Assembly (NCBI GenBank): GCA_951406725.2
Contig: OX597827.1
Coordinates: forward strand, 29,698,001-29,762,000
Length of the DNA: 64,000 nucleotides
Reading direction: 5' to 3'
DNA from: Octopus vulgaris
Taxonomy: Eukaryota
The notes beneath the pieces are model-generated. The model was not told the DNA's origin. It was given only the letters and a program-made list of their open reading frames with translations, and searched no databases. Positions 1-12,848 of the stretch are shown here, in pieces. The translations under genes and the position numbers were made by a program. Each line of letters starts with the position of its first letter. The first letter of the stretch is position 1.

Positions 1-211
1 TTATTATCATTATTATTATTACTATACATATTATATACGCATGTGAACTTAATTGATTGGGTGTGTATACTCACTCGACCACACACACGCGTACACATAT
101 ACGTACGCAGACATATACATACACATATGCGTGTGCATATGTTTGTACACATATATACCTATGTCTATACACATACTTATATAGATATGTATTTTAGATT
201 TACTATATACA

Positions 212-243
<32 letters not shown>

Positions 244-735
244 GACATATATTCATACACATGTATCTATCTATATTTCGTTTTTATATCAGGTTTGCAA
301 GATTCTTTACTTGAATTCGTGTGTTGAAACAAATCGTTTTAGTGTCTAGGGTGAGTCATTATGCTAATATTATTAACACACGCACTGGTTTAATTTCACT
401 TCTTTATTATTAGTCAATTTTTAAATATCCAACTGACTAATCGATTAGTCAGTTAGATATTTTATCAGTTTGACTAATAATAAAGGAGTGGAATTGAACC
501 AGTGCGTATGTTAATAATACTGATGTTATGACCCTCCCTAAACATAGTAAAATATCCATTTATATTTATATATTTACATATAAGCACATAGAAGCATGTT
601 TTCACAGAAACACACACATATGTGTGTTTGTGTGTGTATATATCTAAATACATACACACACACATATATATATGCATGCAAGCGTGCATATGCACACTGC
701 TGTACTTATTGATATAGCTGTGCACGTGTGTATGT

Positions 736-1130
736 ATGGGTGTAGGTATGTATGCATGTTTGTATGATTGTATTTATGTATGTATGTATGCATGTATGTA
801 TGTATGTATGTATGTATGTTTGTTTGTATGTTTGTGTGTATGTATGTATGTTTGTTTTTTTGTTTGTTTGTATGTATGTATGTTTGTTTGTATGTATGTA
901 TGTATTTATGTATGTATGTATGTATGTTTGTTTGTATGTATGTATGTATGTATGTATGTATGTATGTTTGTTTGTTTGTTTGTATGTATGTATGTATGTA
1001 TGTATGTATGTATGTTTGTATGTATGTATTTATGTATGCACGTATGTATGTATGTATGTATGTATGTATGTATGTATGTATGTATGTATGTATGTATGTA
1101 TGTATGTATGTATGTATGTGTGTATGTATA
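736..1130. repeat. (TATG)n/(TTTG)n compound microsatellite, representative of dozens of (TA)n, (CA)n, (TAGA)n, (GA)n and (TAA)n tracts in the window
   Basis: Directly visible tetranucleotide repeat; explains the YIHT/MYVC pseudo-ORFs. Confidence 0.97.
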
Positions 1131-1210
1131 TGAGCGTTTAACTTTCCTGACACATTAATTCAGCCGTGATTCTGTTTACAGTCTTCACGTTTATGCTTTA
1201 CATGCTCTGA

Positions 1211-1520
1211 AGGCGCCTGGCTTAGCGGTTGAATATTCGGCTCGCGATCATTAGGTCGTGAGTTCGATTCAGGGCGGCGCGTTGCGTCCTTGAACAAGGC
1301 ACTTCATTTGACGTTGCTCCAGTCCATTTAGCTGGCAGAAATGATTTAAAAGGGTCAACCTTGTCACATTCTGTATCACGCTGAATCTCACTGAGAACTA
1401 CATTAAAGGTCACGCGTGTTTGTGGAGTATTCAGCCACATGCATGTTAATTGCACGAGCTGTTTGTTCTGTTGATCCAGTCAACTGGAACCCTAGTCGTC
1501 GTAATCGACGAAGGACCAGT
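1211..1520 (+). mobile_element. tRNA-derived SINE, family 3 (other copies ~2154-2385 +, ~37895-38190 -, ~41765-41950 -, ~35400-35545 +)
   Basis: A-box TGGCTTAGCGG and B-box GAGTTCGATTC, followed by a body (gtccttgaacaag...cacgctgaatctc...gtggagtattcagccac) that recurs in several dispersed copies. Confidence 0.85.
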
Positions 1521-1729
1521 TTTACATACTTAGCCACGGAATATTCTCTTTTCTATCTCATTCCTGTCACTGCCAGATTTGAGTTTTCTCTTTATATTAC
1601 AGCTTGGTAATTATCTTGTGACCTCAAAATTTACATAAACTAAAGTGCGTGACCTCTTATTTCCTACAATAGAAAGAATTACGATAAAAGCATTCAGCAT
1701 AGTTTCTATCTAGAGATACGTTCGGCTCA

Positions 1730-1795
<66 letters not shown>

Positions 1796-1897
1796 ATCTA
1801 TTATTATTTTGCTTCTGTATCTATCTCCTTTCTCACTCTCACTGTTTATCGCTTCCACCGTATGTTTGTATATGTCTATATTTGCATACATATATAC

Positions 1898-1928
<31 letters not shown>

Positions 1929-2010
1929 CTTATGGCTGCATTTCTGTACGTCTGTATGTGTGGGTGCATATCTACATATACACTTATGCATAAACAAATA
2001 CATATATCTG

Positions 2011-2078
<68 letters not shown>

Positions 2079-2423
2079 AATATACACATACACTATAACG
2101 TAAATACATACATATATAAAATGTGTGTGCGCGCGCGCGTGTGTGTATGTGTGAAGGTGCTTGGTTTATTGGTTAGGATATTCGGCTTACGATTGCTAGA
2201 TCGTGAGCTCAATCTGCGGCGACGAGTTGGGTCCTTGAGCAAGACACTTTATTTCACGTTGCTCCAGTACACTCAGCTGGCAAAAATGAGTTGTACCAGT
2301 AATTCAAAGGGCCAGCCTTGTCACACTCGGTGTCACGCTGAATCTCCCTAACAACTATGTTAAAGGTACACGTGTCTGTACCTTTAATATAGTAGGTTTT
2401 CCGTTTCTGATTCACTGTAACCC

Positions 2424-2461
<38 letters not shown>

Positions 2462-2661
2462 CAAATGGAAATACCCTGGAACCAGACTTTTCCACTGGTC
2501 TTCTCACCGCTAGATGGTATGGGTTCGATCCCCTGCTCGCAATATATCGGACTCAGATTGTATCGTTAACCAGCGTGGGGAGATATCCTCCTGGCGTTAA
2601 AAAAATGGTACAAACGTAGTTCCGTACGAAACAGCAATATTGAAGTGGCATCAAACATTAC

Positions 2662-2762
<101 letters not shown>

Positions 2763-2799
2763 TAAATGAAGGAATGGAGTCGAACGATGATGTTAACAC

Positions 2800-2895
2800 A
2801 ATTCCTCTCGACACATGTTTCGAAGACAGCATGTTTTCATTCCAAAAGAATAAAGGGTGCATTATGCAATCTTCTCATCAGGAAAGAAAGGGAGC
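2800..2895 (-). ncRNA. Type I hammerhead ribozyme in the inverted pLTR copy
   Basis: Reverse complement of the 5565-5661 motif: CUGAUGA-GAAGA...UCUUC-GAAAC-AUGU-GUC. Confidence 0.8.
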
Positions 2896-3082
2896 CTCTC
2901 TCGACAACAGGACAAACAAAAATTTCGATGATTGCCTACATGGTAAACAAAGCGATAATGAGTGTTTTTTTAAAAAAACCGTTAGAAGAATTGACGTCAA
3001 AAATAGATAGTAGGAAGAGAAGGGATAAAGTAATAATAGGTAGGGAACAGTATGTTTGCTGTATGCATGGGAATGTGTGGCT

Positions 3083-4440
3083 GTGAAACTAAGCAGATTA
3101 TGGAGACTTATTGATTACAGATGAAGACGGAACCATTGAACCCTAGGCAACCCAGATTCATCTTAAAGGACCATAAACAGAACTTTCATACTAACCCAGC
3201 ATTGCGGCTCATATGCGCTTCCAGTTCAGACATCGGTACCCTTAGTAAATACATATTAGATAAGTATATCCCTATATTAATTAATAAATTAAAACTTAGC
3301 TTATGGTCCAATTCTGTTCAAGTCGTAGATTGGTTTACTTCTATTACTGATAAGGCCAACACTAAATTTATCCAATTCGATATATCTAGTTTCTATTCTT
3401 CAATCAACCCTATTATACTTAATATGCCCTATGGCACGCACACAATAAGGCAGGCCTCTCCAGGGAGGAAGTTAGTGTGATATTGACTGCTAGGAAATCT
3501 TTCATCCAGTCCGATAGCAAGTTGTGGGTCCGTAGAGACACCCCTAATGCGTTTGATGTACTAATGGGAAGTACAGACAGCGCCCAGATAGCCGATTTGG
3601 TCGGAATTTATATTCTTTATGAAATGGCCGACCAATTCCCGGACATCTGTGGAGGTCTTTATCGCGACGATTGTCTGCTTTACCTCCAAAACGTTTCGAA
3701 CCAAAAAATACAGGTTAAGAACAGATTAGTTAGGTTTTTTAGTAGAATGAGCTTGCGCATAGTTTTGACGATGAATTAACTAAAGCCAACTTCTTAGACA
3801 TTACCCTCAATCTGCAGAATAACTCATACTTCCCTTATCATAAACCTTCCACTAATCTTAAGTATATCAGCATTTTCAGTAATCATGCCAAGCCAATTAC
3901 CGATAATTTAGTTAAAAACATATCTCTGAGACTGTCCAAATTATCTGCTAATGTCGACATCTTTAACCAAAAGGCAGACTTCTATAACGCCGCCTTGTCA
4001 AGAGCCGGTTATAAGGAGAAAGTGTCATACATCAACCCAGTTCATTCTAAACCAACATCTGCTTCTCCAATAGTAAAGTTACTCGTAATAGGAATAAAGA
4101 TTTCAATTCTAATAGTGCCAGCAACCCTGTACATAAGATAAATTCTTTACGGACTAGGGGAGGTAAGCGCCATGCAACCCCAAATTTCCAACCCAGAAAT
4201 TTTCCCCTTACTATCACAAATAACACTAAGAACAATTCAAAGGCCACAAAAAACTGTATCTGGTTTGTAATACCTTTCGGAAAAGAAATTAAATCGAACC
4301 TTCCCTTACAGTTCCGTGAAGCCGTTGCTAGGAACTTTCCCAGAAATTCTAGATATTATTCTATTATCAATTCCCACAAGGTCAGAATAGCTTTCTCTAA
4401 CACTAGGAATCTTTCACAAATTCTTGCTAATTCCAAACCA
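3083..4440 (+). pseudogene. Penelope-type reverse transcriptase, frameshifted
   Basis: PLE RT motifs across three frames: FILKDHKQNF, LRLI, FIQFDISSFYSSI, FDVLMGS-D-AQIADLVG, GGLYRDD, followed by NFLDITLNL, PYHKP and SNH. Confidence 0.9.
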
Positions 4441-4707
4441 TCATACAATCATAATAATAAGAATAGTATTAATAGTAGCAGCATTAGTAGCAGCGAAAGT
4501 GTTAATAATGATAATATTAATAATAATATTAGTCGTGTTAATAACAATGGTAGTGTTGATGGTAACAACAATAACGGTATTATTGTCGGTGGTATTACTG
4601 ATTGTAATACCATTAATAATACTAATAATAATAGAAATAGTGTAGTTGTTAGCGCTAATAATAATAGTAACAACAATCATAACAAAAAAAACTTCGTCTC
4701 GATCTCG

Positions 4708-5124
4708 GTGGACAACCCCAACAGAATTAAATTTTTGTCTAGTAATTCTAAGATTAAGAATTCTATTTACCAGTGTAGAATTTCTTCCGGTACCGATGTC
4801 TTCTTCTATATAGGAGCGTCCACTTCCAAGTTATCCAATAGAATTTCAAACCACTACTCAACATTCAGGGATAATAAAAAACGACATAGCACAGGGCTAA
4901 GTAAATTTGTTTGGCGTCTTAAAGACAACAATATAACTTTCAAGTTAGATTGGTTCATACTGTCTGTATCCTTTCCTTTTGATAAGGGCAGGAGATTTTG
5001 TAACATTTGTAACTCTGAACTCTTCCATATTCTTTTCTCTAAGATTCCCCTAGTAAACACACTCATAGAAAAATCGTACAAATGTAAGCACTGGCAGAAA
5101 CACACTTTCTACTCATATAAATGA
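4708..5124 (+). pseudogene. GIY-YIG endonuclease domain of the PLE ORF (C-terminal, after an Asn-rich (AAT)n-like linker)
   Basis: SIYQC...FYIG...R..NH..TF...STGLSKFVWRLK...CNICNSE...LVN...KCKH. Confidence 0.9.
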
Positions 5125-5564
5125 TAACGATAGTCACTGTGGTTTGAACGATTAGCTTTACGTCCACCCCACTGCTATAGAGAAATTCTTTTCTAAGCCT
5201 TCGAACATTCTTTCAATCAACGTACCCTTCCCTCTCCACTTGTTCCTTTATACCTTCTCTTCCTACTATCTATCTTTGACGTCTGTCTCTCTCTCTCTCA
5301 CACACAATCACACACACATACACAAATGCAGTTATACACACACACACAAACACACGTACTCATTAACACAAGCACACACCCACACATTTCCATGCATACA
5401 GCAAACATACTGTTCCCTACCTATTATTACTTTATCCCTTCTCTTCCTACTATCCATTTTTGACGTCAATTCTTCTAACGGTTTTTTTTTTAAAAACACT
5501 CATTATCGCTTTGTTTACCATGTAGGCAATCATCGAAATTTTTGTTTGTCTTGTCGAGAGAAAC

Positions 5565-5661
5565 TCCCTTTCTTTCCTGATGAGAAGATTGCATAATGCA
5601 CCCTTTATTCCTTTGGAATGAAAACATGCTGTCTTCGAAACATGTGTCGAGAGTAAAGGAA
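5565..5661 (+). ncRNA. Type I hammerhead ribozyme in the 3' pLTR; predicted cleavage after GUC at ~5648
   Basis: CTGATGA core; stem II GAAGA-TTGCAT...ATGC-TG-TCTTC; GAAAC-ATGT-GTC; stem I ctttc with gagag. Confidence 0.85.
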
Positions 5662-5857
5662 TTTTGTTAACATCTTCGTTCGACTCCATTCTTTCATTTA
5701 TTCATATACAACACACAAATTTCTACACATGAACCCGGAGTTTCTACCCTTGACAGGTCGCTTCAACCGTGTTTTCTGACGTGAATTTGCTACCCAGGTT
5801 TCGGTTAAACGAATTTTCAATGCCGACGATAAACATAGGATAATTCATTCACCTACT

Positions 5858-5916
<59 letters not shown>

Positions 5917-5918
<2 letters not shown>

Positions 5919-6149
5919 GAGTGGCTGCGCGGTATGTAGCTTGTTTAGCAACCACATGCACACACACGCGCACACACATGCACGCACGTTCGCACACACT
6001 GGAAAATCACACGGGCAAGTGTCTTCTACTATAGCCTCGGGCCGACCAAAGCCTTGTGAGAGGATTTGATAGACGGAAACTGAAAGAAGCCCGTCGTATA
6101 TATATATATATTGCTGTCTGTCTGTATGTATGTATACATACATACATAC

Positions 6150-6204
<55 letters not shown>

Positions 6205-6230
6205 CTGACTGACTGAAACAAGTAAAAAAA
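5917..6230 (+). mobile_element. tRNA-derived SINE, family 1, partial and carrying a 50-bp foreign insert
   Basis: ggagtggctgcgcggtatgtagcttg...gggcaagtgtcttctactatagcctcgggccgaccaaagcc...gactgaaacaagtaaaa. Confidence 0.8.
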
Positions 6231-6348
6231 TATAAAAAAGATAAAAAGGATATTTTCTTCCGGTCATTCCAAAATTTATCTACAAGTGGATTGTTGGCGA
6301 TTTTTTTCCTCCGTCTTCCTTTGCTCTTGGACTTCCCTCTGTCTCCTG

Positions 6349-6381
6349 TTTCTGAAGGAGAGCTTTGCTCGAAACGTAAAA
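6349..6381 (+). ncRNA. Minimal hammerhead-like motif in a ~220-bp dispersed repeat (6240-6460), homologous to 57527-57712
   Basis: CTGAAGGA-GAGC-TTT-GCTC-GAAACGTA; stem III reduced to the palindrome ACGT. Confidence 0.6.
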
Positions 6382-6457
6382 CACCCTTCTCTTACTTCCC
6401 TGAGTGTCTTCTAATACTTTGTATGAACCACGTCCTCGTGTTGTTGCTTTTTCTCTT

Positions 6458-6523
<66 letters not shown>

Positions 6524-7797
6524 GAAGTCGAACTGAACCCGGAACCATGTAGTGGAGAAGCAAACTGCTTATCACACAGCCATGCCTTCGCACAATATTC
6601 ATTTTTATCTAGTTTCGCGCATACGTTTGTTTTCAGGCATTGTTCATCCGCTTATATTAAACAGCAAAACACACCTACACGCACGCACATAAGCAACCAC
6701 ACACGCACACACACACACGCGCGCGCACACACATGCACGCACGTTCGCACACACTGGAAAATCACATACTTAAGGATTGGGTAGACCCACTCAATTCCCT
6801 GAAACACGGAACTACTTGGCTGTCAAGTGACTTTCTCAAGTGCTCAACTACGACTAAGTTAAACATATTTTCGTTCGCAGTTCCTGGTTTATGTCTGTAT
6901 TTCGAGTTTCCTATTTTTATCCAGAAGACAGAGAGTAAAACAGACAGCACCAATTGAATCACCAGTGTGTGTGTGTGTGTGTGTGTGTGTTTGTGTGCGT
7001 GTTCTTATATATTCCTCTTTTCTTTTATTCCTTTACTTGTTTCAGTCACATTACTGCTGCCATGCTGGAGTACCACCTTTAGTCAAGCAAATCGACCCCA
7101 GGACTTATTATTTGTAAGCCTAGTACTTATTCTATCGCTAAGTTACGGGTACATAAACACACCAGCATCGGTTGTCAAGTGATGTTGGGGGGACACACAC
7201 AGACACACAAACATATACACACACGCATACATATTCATATGTATATATATATATATATATATAACAAATTAATAAATAAAACATATGCATATATACATAC
7301 ATATATGTACGTACCTACATCTACATGTATATATACATGCATATATGGGTACAGGACACCAAAAAAAACGTCGAACCTAATGAGAAACAAAAACAAACAC
7401 AAAACCAAGGAAATGGACATTTTTCTTAAACAACGAAAAAAAGAGTACAGGACATATAACACAAGGAAAATTCCCCTTCTTCAGCCGCCTCTGCTTCGTC
7501 TACTCCGCGTTTCGAAGGTCAAGGCGAGAAACGACTCCTGTGAAACATTCCTTCCCGCAAAAAGCAAATTAAATAAAATCTGAGATTTTTTTGCGGAGGG
7601 GTAAAAATGGTAACAAAAACAGGACAATATATATATACGACCGGTTTCTTTCAGTTTCCAAATCCATTCACAAGGCTTTAATCGGCCAGAGGCTATACTT
7701 GCTATACTTGCCGAAGGTGTCACACAGTGGCACTGAACCCGGACCATGTGGTTGCTAAGCAATCTACTTACCACACAACCGCTCCTGCGCCTCTGTG

Positions 7798-7859
<62 letters not shown>

Positions 7860-8514
7860 CATATCCTTTATTTAATTATAAATTTAGCACATATATATAT
7901 ATACATACACACGCACACGCATACATACATACATACATACATACATACATACATACATACATACATACATACATACATACATACATACATACGTATATAT
8001 GCATCGCATATTTGTGGAATCGGTGCGTTGTAAACATCAATAACGTATGGTCATTAGTTCTGCTTCGACTGCATCAAGGTTTCCGCTGCTATATTCTCTT
8101 CCTGCCACGAATCAAAAACATTAACAAAATAAATATCAAGCTAACCACGTGGCTCGATATAATCGCCCGAATCCTTTTAAAGGAAGGATGCACCAACATG
8201 ACCCTAATCCAGTCACTGAAATGTGCAAGAGAATTAGATTGAATAAGCTGACGTCCACAAAATATATTTCTAAAAGTACTTTACGTGGTTTAAGCCTAGT
8301 TGTTTGCTGATATCTTATATCCTTTACTTGCATCAGTCATTTGACAGCGGTCAGGGTGGGGCAACACGACCCAGAAATTATTCTATTTTTTAAACTTGGT
8401 ATTTATTCTATCTATTTTTTTATTGAGTTTCAACGTAGCAAAGACATGAACAAACCAACACCGGTTATCAAGTGATACTGGGGACAGACAGAAACAACCA
8501 CAGACACAAATATG

Positions 8515-9122
8515 GCGAATATCTACTCCTTATGCAGAGTACGACCATCTCTTGTAACTACATCTTAGATCCATCATGGGGTCTGATGTGACTTTTTACA
8601 CCAGACAATGTTCTGAAAAGACACCCAAATAGATTGCACCTCCGATTTGAACCACCAAGAGCTGCAGTTAAGTTCTGATCTTCGTGGATCTTAAAATGTC
8701 TTTTGAGGCCTCCGTTAGATTTGCAGACCTTATGGCACACACGGTATTGAAAGGTGTGCACAGACATATAGGCAAAATAGATGGTAGAGGTTCGATTTCC
8801 ATGGGTTTGCAAATGAGATTTGAGCCCGACAAAAGAAAAGCAAGGTCTGTCACAAACTGTGCACACAAAAGGTCATTGTGATTCACCTCCCCGAACGTTA
8901 CATTCTTCCTCAAATCTCTCTTGAGTTTTGCATGCGTCATCCTGGCCTCTTCAAACGCTTTCACTCTACTCCACACTTTTGTCCGCCATCCAGTTCGATT
9001 CGAAACAAGGGTTTCTATGTCCTCTGAACCCATTTCAATTGACTTCATGGTAGTCCTTATGCTGTCCTTAATCCGCTTTTTAGGTTTACACCGATAGCGT
9101 TTCCCCTCTGCAAGCTCACCAA
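8515..9122 (-). mobile_element. RTE-clade LINE 3' fragment with three C2H2-like zinc fingers
   Basis: FGELAEGKR..KPKKRIKD...NRTGWR (RTE C-terminus), then CTVC..LKSHLQTH, CHKVC..GLKRHFKIH, CNLFG..GVKSHIRPH in a second frame. Confidence 0.8.
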
Positions 9123-9348
9123 ACACAAATGCACATGGATATATACATACATACACGATAGTCTCCTTTCAGTTTCCGTTTACCAAATTTACGCTCAAGA
9201 CTTTGGTCGGCCCGAGGCTACTTGCTCTAAGGGAGATGCTGCTGGACTGAATCAGAAACCTATGTATGCATATGATATTGTGTGTGTATGCGTGTGTATG
9301 TGTCTATATGCCTGTGTGTCTGTATATATATATATATATATTTGTAAA

Positions 9349-9396
<48 letters not shown>

Positions 9397-9639
9397 ATCG
9401 ATGCTTGTGTGTTTATACGTATGCTTGTATGCGTAAATACATTTGCATATATATGTATATATGCATATACATATGAATGTATATATGTACGAATGCTTGC
9501 ACATACGTACGTATGCATCTAAGTATGGACGTATATACTGTGTATGTACCTACGTATGTATATATGAATGAATATATGTACGTATGTACATATATACAGG
9601 AATATGCATATACGTACATACATACATATATATATATAT

Positions 9640-9708
<69 letters not shown>

Positions 9709-9709
9709 A

Positions 9710-9744
<35 letters not shown>

Positions 9745-9810
9745 TAGATTTATAGATATATATGTATGTATATATAATCATGCCAAGGACCTAGAATCTT
9801 TAAGGGATTC

Positions 9811-9850
<40 letters not shown>

Positions 9851-9855
<5 letters not shown>

Positions 9856-10960
9856 AGATAAGAAAATGGAGAAATGCATCTAAATCAAATATCAATTACC
9901 AGATAATACTCAATCACATACTTTATTAAACCACCACATAAGAGACTGTAGGGTTAAATATAAAAAGCAGAACAAATCAGTGTACATAAAGGAATGTACA
10001 TAAAAAAGTGTACATAAAAGTGTAATGTTGTATGATAAGTAGAATATATATAAAAGAGAATATAAATATAAGTAAATATAAATATAAGTATAGATTACAT
10101 CTTACAGCTGTTTCGGCCATGTAGATAAGTATGTCTCATTTTACCAATATTAGCGTTTTATGGTAGGTCAATATATAGATATAAATGAGACATTTACAAA
10201 AATATCATAAGGCCTCTTCGGAGATTATGTAATATAAATCAGTCTTCATATATACCTACATGGGTGTGGGTACATACCCATAATACAACATATACATATA
10301 CATATGAGTGCATATACTCACACTCCTATACATATAAAAATATACATATACATAATGATATAAATAAATAATATAAATTAGTAAACATATATATGTGTTC
10401 CACATTCAACGTCTCAGTTTTTCGACTTATATTTATATTCTCTTTTATATATATTCTACTTATTATACAACATTACTCTTTTATGTACACTTTTTTATGT
10501 ACATTCCTTTATGTACATTGATTTGTTCTGCTTTTTATATTTAACCCTACAGTCTCTTATGTGGTGGTTTAATAAAGTATGTGATTGAGTATTATCTGGT
10601 AATTGATATTTGATTTAGATGTATTTCTCCATTTTCTTATCTTGTATTAGTAATTTGTGGTAGCAAGTATATCCAAAGGTAATGCAGTACGATCATTTCA
10701 TGCAACTCCATTTAATTTAAGAATGCAATCATTACTTAATTAAATTCTGTGTCTTTGTGCAGCTGAGGATTACTCTGCATTTTAAATTGATGTAAGGATT
10801 ACATTGTTCAATTAAATGGAGTTGCATGAAATGATCTTACTGCATTACCTCTGGATAACCTTGTTGGTTATTTTGATTTTAATCACCTTACTTTTAAATT
10901 GTATGGGTAATACCGTACTAAATTCTGGTGCCCCAAATTAAGTACCATATTCATCTGAAT
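9851..10960 (+). mobile_element. Non-coding fold-back element: inverted arm 9851-10072, sense arm 10425-10647, structured tail 10648-10960, within (TA)n
   Basis: ~220-bp near-perfect inverted repeat; HHR on the minus strand just inside the left arm; long hairpin in the tail. Confidence 0.85.
10095..10232 (-). ncRNA. Type I hammerhead ribozyme with ~100-nt stem II (CCGAAGA core variant)
   Basis: Minus strand: uuacauaaucu-CCGAAGA-GGCC...augucucauuu...aaaugagacau...GGCC-GAAAC-AGCU-GUA-agauguaau. Confidence 0.8.
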
Positions 10961-11437
10961 ATATATATATATAGGCGCAGGAATGGTAAGTGGCTTGCCT
11001 ACCAGCCACATGGCACCTTGGACAAATGTCTTCTACTATTGCATCGGGTTGAGCAGAGCTTTGTGAGTGGATTTGGTAGACGGTAACTGAAAGAAGCCAG
11101 TCGTGTGTGTGCGTGTCTACCATCGCTGGACAACCGGTGTTGGTGTGTTTACATCCCTGTAACTTAACGGTTCGGCAAAAGGTCCGATAGAATAAGTACT
11201 AGGCTTATTCTACTCCTAAAGTCGATTTGCTCGACAAAATGGCGGTGCTCCAGCTTGGCTGCATGCGAATGACTGAAACAAATAAAAGAATAAAAGAATA
11301 TATATACACATACGTGCGTGCCTACAAATGAACGTTCATTTATACACACATTCAAATACACATATACTTATACATACGTTGGCACATACATATATACATA
11401 TATATATATGCAATACCTTCATGCATTTATGCACACC

Positions 11438-11500
<63 letters not shown>

Positions 11501-11502
<2 letters not shown>

Positions 11503-11899
11503 GCGCAGAAGTAACTGTGTGGTAAGTAGCTTGCTAACCAACCACATGGTTCCGGGTTCAGTCCCACTGCGTGGCGTCTTGGGCAAGTATCTTCTGCTAT
11601 AGCCCCGGGCCGACCAATGCCTTGTGAGTGGATTTGGTAGACGGAAAGTGAAAGAAGCCTGTCGTATATATGTATATATATATGTGTGTGTGTGTGTAGG
11701 TTTGTGTGTGTGTTTGTCCCCCTAGCATTGCTTGACAACCGATGCTGGTGTGTTTACGTCCCTGTCACTTAGCGGTTCGGCAAAAGAGACCGATATAATA
11801 AGTACTGGGCTTACAAAGAATAAGTCCCAGGGTCGATTTGCTCGACTAAAGGCGGTGCTCCAGCATGGCCGCAGTCAAATGACTGAAACAAGTAAAAGA

Positions 11900-11900
<1 letters not shown>
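11501..11900 (+). mobile_element. tRNA-derived SINE, family 1, full length with internal microsatellite (copies ~7020-7790 -, 10973-11300 +, 12183-12680 +, 14808-16330 + split, 21922-22355 -, 38450-38770 +, 42380-42745 +, 49345-49500 +, 57320-57485 +, 58740-58945 +)
   Basis: A-box tgtgtggtaag, B-box ggttcagtcc, conserved body, internal (TA)/(TG) tract, 3' end gactgaaacaagtaaaagag; more than 10 copies in the window. Confidence 0.9.
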
Positions 11901-11943
<43 letters not shown>

Positions 11944-12072
11944 GCATACACATACATGCATACATATATTTGTTTGTCTATGTGTGCGTGTATGTACATA
12001 TTTATGAATATACGTATGTATATATATATACATATATATGTATGCATGTATGTATGTATATATATGTATATA

Positions 12073-12110
<38 letters not shown>

Positions 12111-12359
12111 CATACATATATATACATATATATATATATATATACATACATATATATATATACATCTACATATACATGTATAGAAGTGGCTGTGTAGTAC
12201 GTAACTTAATTACCGACCACATGGTTCCGGGCTCTGTTCTACTGCAGAGCACCTTCAGCAAGTGTCTTCTAGTATAGCCTCAGGCCGAGTAAAGATTTGT
12301 GAGTGGATTTGATAGACGGAAACTAAAAGAAGCCAGTCGTATGTGTGTGTGTGTGTGTG

Positions 12360-12392
<33 letters not shown>

Positions 12393-12393
<1 letters not shown>

Positions 12394-12545
12394 GTCATCA
12401 AATCTAAGTAGAGACTTCAAACTTGAAATCTTCAAAGCCACAGTCGAACCAATTCTACAATATGGCTCAGAAACCTGGACGTTATCAAAGAACCTTGAGA
12501 GGCGGTTGGATGGAACCTACACTCGCCTCCTTATGAGAGCTCATT
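12393..12545 (+). mobile_element. RTE-type LINE RT/thumb fragment embedded in a family 1 SINE
   Basis: KLEIFKATVEPILQYGSETWTLSKNLERRLDGTYTRLLMRA. Confidence 0.8.
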
Positions 12546-12717
12546 AGCGATTCGGCAAAAGTGACCGATAGAATATATACTAGGCTTACAAAGAATAAAT
12601 CCTGGGGTCGATTTGTTCGACTAAAGGCGGTGCTCCAGCATGGTTGTAGTCAAATGACTGAAACAAGTATAAGAAAAAAAGAATAAATGCATGTGCGTGT
12701 GTGTTTGTGTTTGTGTG

Positions 12718-12751
<34 letters not shown>

Positions 12752-12765
12752 CGCGCGTGTGTGTT

Positions 12766-12848
<83 letters not shown>

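Noticed and set aside
7350-7625. Minus-strand CTTCGAAACG...CTGAAGA, possible permuted (type II) hammerhead
   Set aside because: Stem I does not pair and core spacing is wrong; probably a PLE-like remnant, but no supportable ribozyme.
8558-8866. Host C2H2 zinc-finger gene
   Set aside because: Directly continuous with an RTE ORF C-terminus and 3' UTR; transposon-derived.
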